Below are positions 61,763 through 64,000 of a DNA stretch of 64,000 nt, in pieces. Position numbers and translations under genes: made by a program. Each line of letters starts with the position of its first letter. The stretch's first letter is position 1. The DNA comes from Mobula birostris (taxonomy: Eukaryota). The notes under the pieces are model-generated. The model did no database searches and was not told the DNA's origin. It was given only the letters and a program-made list of their open reading frames with translations. The DNA lies in NCBI RefSeq assembly GCF_030028105.1, contig NC_092392.1, forward strand, positions 18,058,613-18,122,612. The letters are read 5' to 3'.

Positions 61763-64000
61763 CCAGAGGATGGCTCACTGGAACACTGGGATGCAGATCA
61801 ATAATAATGAATAAGAGAAAGAGGAAGAAAGAAAATCCAATAACACTAACTAGCAGCTCTACCATTCTCTTACGTGAATTCCAACCTTGAAGAAATTCTC
61901 TTATATGTCACAGACCCAAAACAATGATTGTTTCTCATTTCACAGATGTGGCTTGACCTATTGAGTATGTCCAACATTTTTGCTTCATGAAACTAGCACG
62001 AGATTCCAAAACTTTAACATACTGGATTACATGGATCTTTAGATTTAGATTGCAAATAGGTTTTTTTTGTGTAAGCCAACTGTGAGCAAACAAGCTCTAA
62101 CCCAAGATCCTTAACTAGCTTCGTCTCTGTTGGTGTCTGCATATAGGATATGCCTCTCGTTCCCTTGGCACCTATCTTAATTTCCTAAAATGAATACTTC
62201 CACCAAGTTTGACTTGATGTGCATCTGTGCAACAGTAATGAAATCACTAAGGTCTTTTAAGCTGATTTTTCTTAATGGGATCTTGGTAAACTTAAATAAT
62301 ATAATTTGTATATCACATGCAAATCTAGAATGAGAATGAGTCTGTAAATTAAGAACACAGAATTATAATTTTGTTGTTAATTGTAACACTTTGAGATACA
62401 TGATGTAAAATTCATGATGCAAGCTAAAAGATCTCCCAATTTGCTTACCTTGATGATAATACTTCAAATTGGGAACAGGAAATGTTAAGTTTTAATTGCT
62501 GAAAACTTAAAACCCAGGAGAATACTTGTGATCTCTGATTAAGTGAAGGATTTTAATATGTAAATTCCTACTTTGAGATTAGCAAAACATGGCACAGTAA
62601 CTGCATATCAAGTCTGGAACAATGCATGCCAGCCACTTGCTTGCTTGTGGTCATTGTCCTGTCTATCCCTTCCCTTTCAAGATGATTTCACCGTAACCAT
62701 ATATAAACTGCGTCCCACTGTGCTCTCAGGTGTAAGGCCTGAGCTGGGCCTACACTGGAAGAGTGAAGGCGCAGACCAGGGGCTATGTTGGCGGAGCATG
62801 GGGCCAGAACTGAGACTTTATCAGAGGGAAGGGCAGGTTGAAATTTGGGCTACATCCAGAGGTCATAAGGGTCAGGGCTGGGGCCACAGTGTATAAAATC
62901 TGTGCCTTAAAAATAGATTCAATTTACTTGGATTAAAAAATGTTCTGTGTGGAAATTCCTGGTCTATGATCACTTAAAATGGAGGGTTATTCCAATGGCA
63001 CTGAGAACCGCGTAGTTGCAAGAGGAAGTCCCGCTATATCGGCAAAAGGAGTGTACCTCCTCCCAAAATCCCTTCCCATCTGTACCATCAAACACCCCCT
63101 GACCCACCTGCAACTCAGTCCATCTGTCCCACACTGGTCTCATCCCAGGGAATGGGAGCAGAAGCAAATTATTCTGAGCCAACCTTGGAGGAATTATCTA
63201 GGGAGAAAGTATTTTCACTCTCTCTAAAAATGACTGCAAAAAAAAAGCTTTGATACCCGTGCTGGGATTTTCTGCAATAGGCACCTCCATTTTGACAGCA
63301 CCCTGGGCTCCACAAACAACCACTGGCAGAAGAGAAATTAATCAAAACTTGACACCAGGCCACCTTCGAAAATGGGCAAAGTATTTTCTGATGAGAACTT
63401 CAAAAGTAGGAAGGTAAGGAAAGGGGGTTCAGAGCTTCATATCCAGCAGTTAAAAGCACAGTTAGTAATAGTCAGCAATTATCAAGAATTATTAGGGATT
63501 ATCAGGGATCAAGAAGTCATTAAAGGAGAAAAGCAGACAGTTATGTCAGGTGCTGCAATCTCTGTAACCTTTTATATGGTTATAGGAGTGAAGGAGATGA
63601 CAAAGGCAGAGAAGGGCAAAGCATTTGAGAGAGGTATGATGTTGAATGTAAATCTAGAATCAATACAATGCAGACAGGAAACACAGAGATGATGGATGAG
63701 AGAATTGATCTTACTGAAGGGCAGAACAGCCTCTGGGGGGCAGGAGCAGGAAGCTGATCATGGTGTTTTTTTTAATGTTACCTGCAGGGTTTTGGACGAC
63801 CTCAGTCTACAGTGAATAAAGCGTGGGGGAAAAGCCAAAAGTGACTTGGAATATTCGAGGCTAGAGGCAACAAAAGCATGAATGAGGGTATTGTCAGCAG
63901 ATGAGCTGAGCTGAGGCAGAGTCAGGTGACTCTATTAACCACATTCACAGAGGGAGTGCAGATACGTGGACCACAACGCATCTCATGTTAACAAAAGCAA

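Noticed and set aside
61169-61890. His/Thr- and Cys/Val-rich ORFs
   Set aside because: Translations of (CA)n/(TG)n low-complexity sequence.
62440-62500. Minus-strand AAG|gtaagc donor as a possible upstream CACNA2D1 exon
   Set aside because: The preceding sequence does not encode the expected ...KIDLYDVRRRPW; that exon probably lies beyond the window end.

Overview
This is AT-rich eukaryotic (vertebrate) DNA. The repeat complement (HE1/V-SINE-like tRNA SINEs, CR1, Rex1/Babar, Neptune-type Penelope) suggests a cartilaginous fish, probably a ray; that is inference. The window lies inside a minus-strand CACNA2D1 gene (voltage-gated Ca2+ channel alpha2/delta-1). Only two exons are visible, 60793-60843 and 60591-60690, encoding the start of the VWA domain with the DxSxS MIDAS motif. 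The next exon was not found, so about 60.5 kb appears to be a single intron. That intron is packed with decayed transposons: Penelope, CR1, Rex1/Babar, RTE, R4/Rex6-like, Gypsy, Tc1, SINEs and MITEs. Most notable: (1) an intronless internal RBM25 mRNA fragment, lacking an 18-codon block, sits between two Gypsy LTRs, a candidate LTR-mediated gene capture; (2) a family of 21-730 bp Penelope-derived inserts has 12-15 bp TSDs, several are palindromic, and several carry minimal hammerhead-ribozyme motifs; (3) a composite MITE is built from two self-palindromic Tc1-like units; (4) a ~670 bp non-coding, YY1-headed retroposon occurs in 4-5 copies. Nearly all ORFs in the supplied track are TE fragments or spurious. 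All family calls come from motif recognition by eye, not database searches, and TE boundaries without TSDs are approximate.
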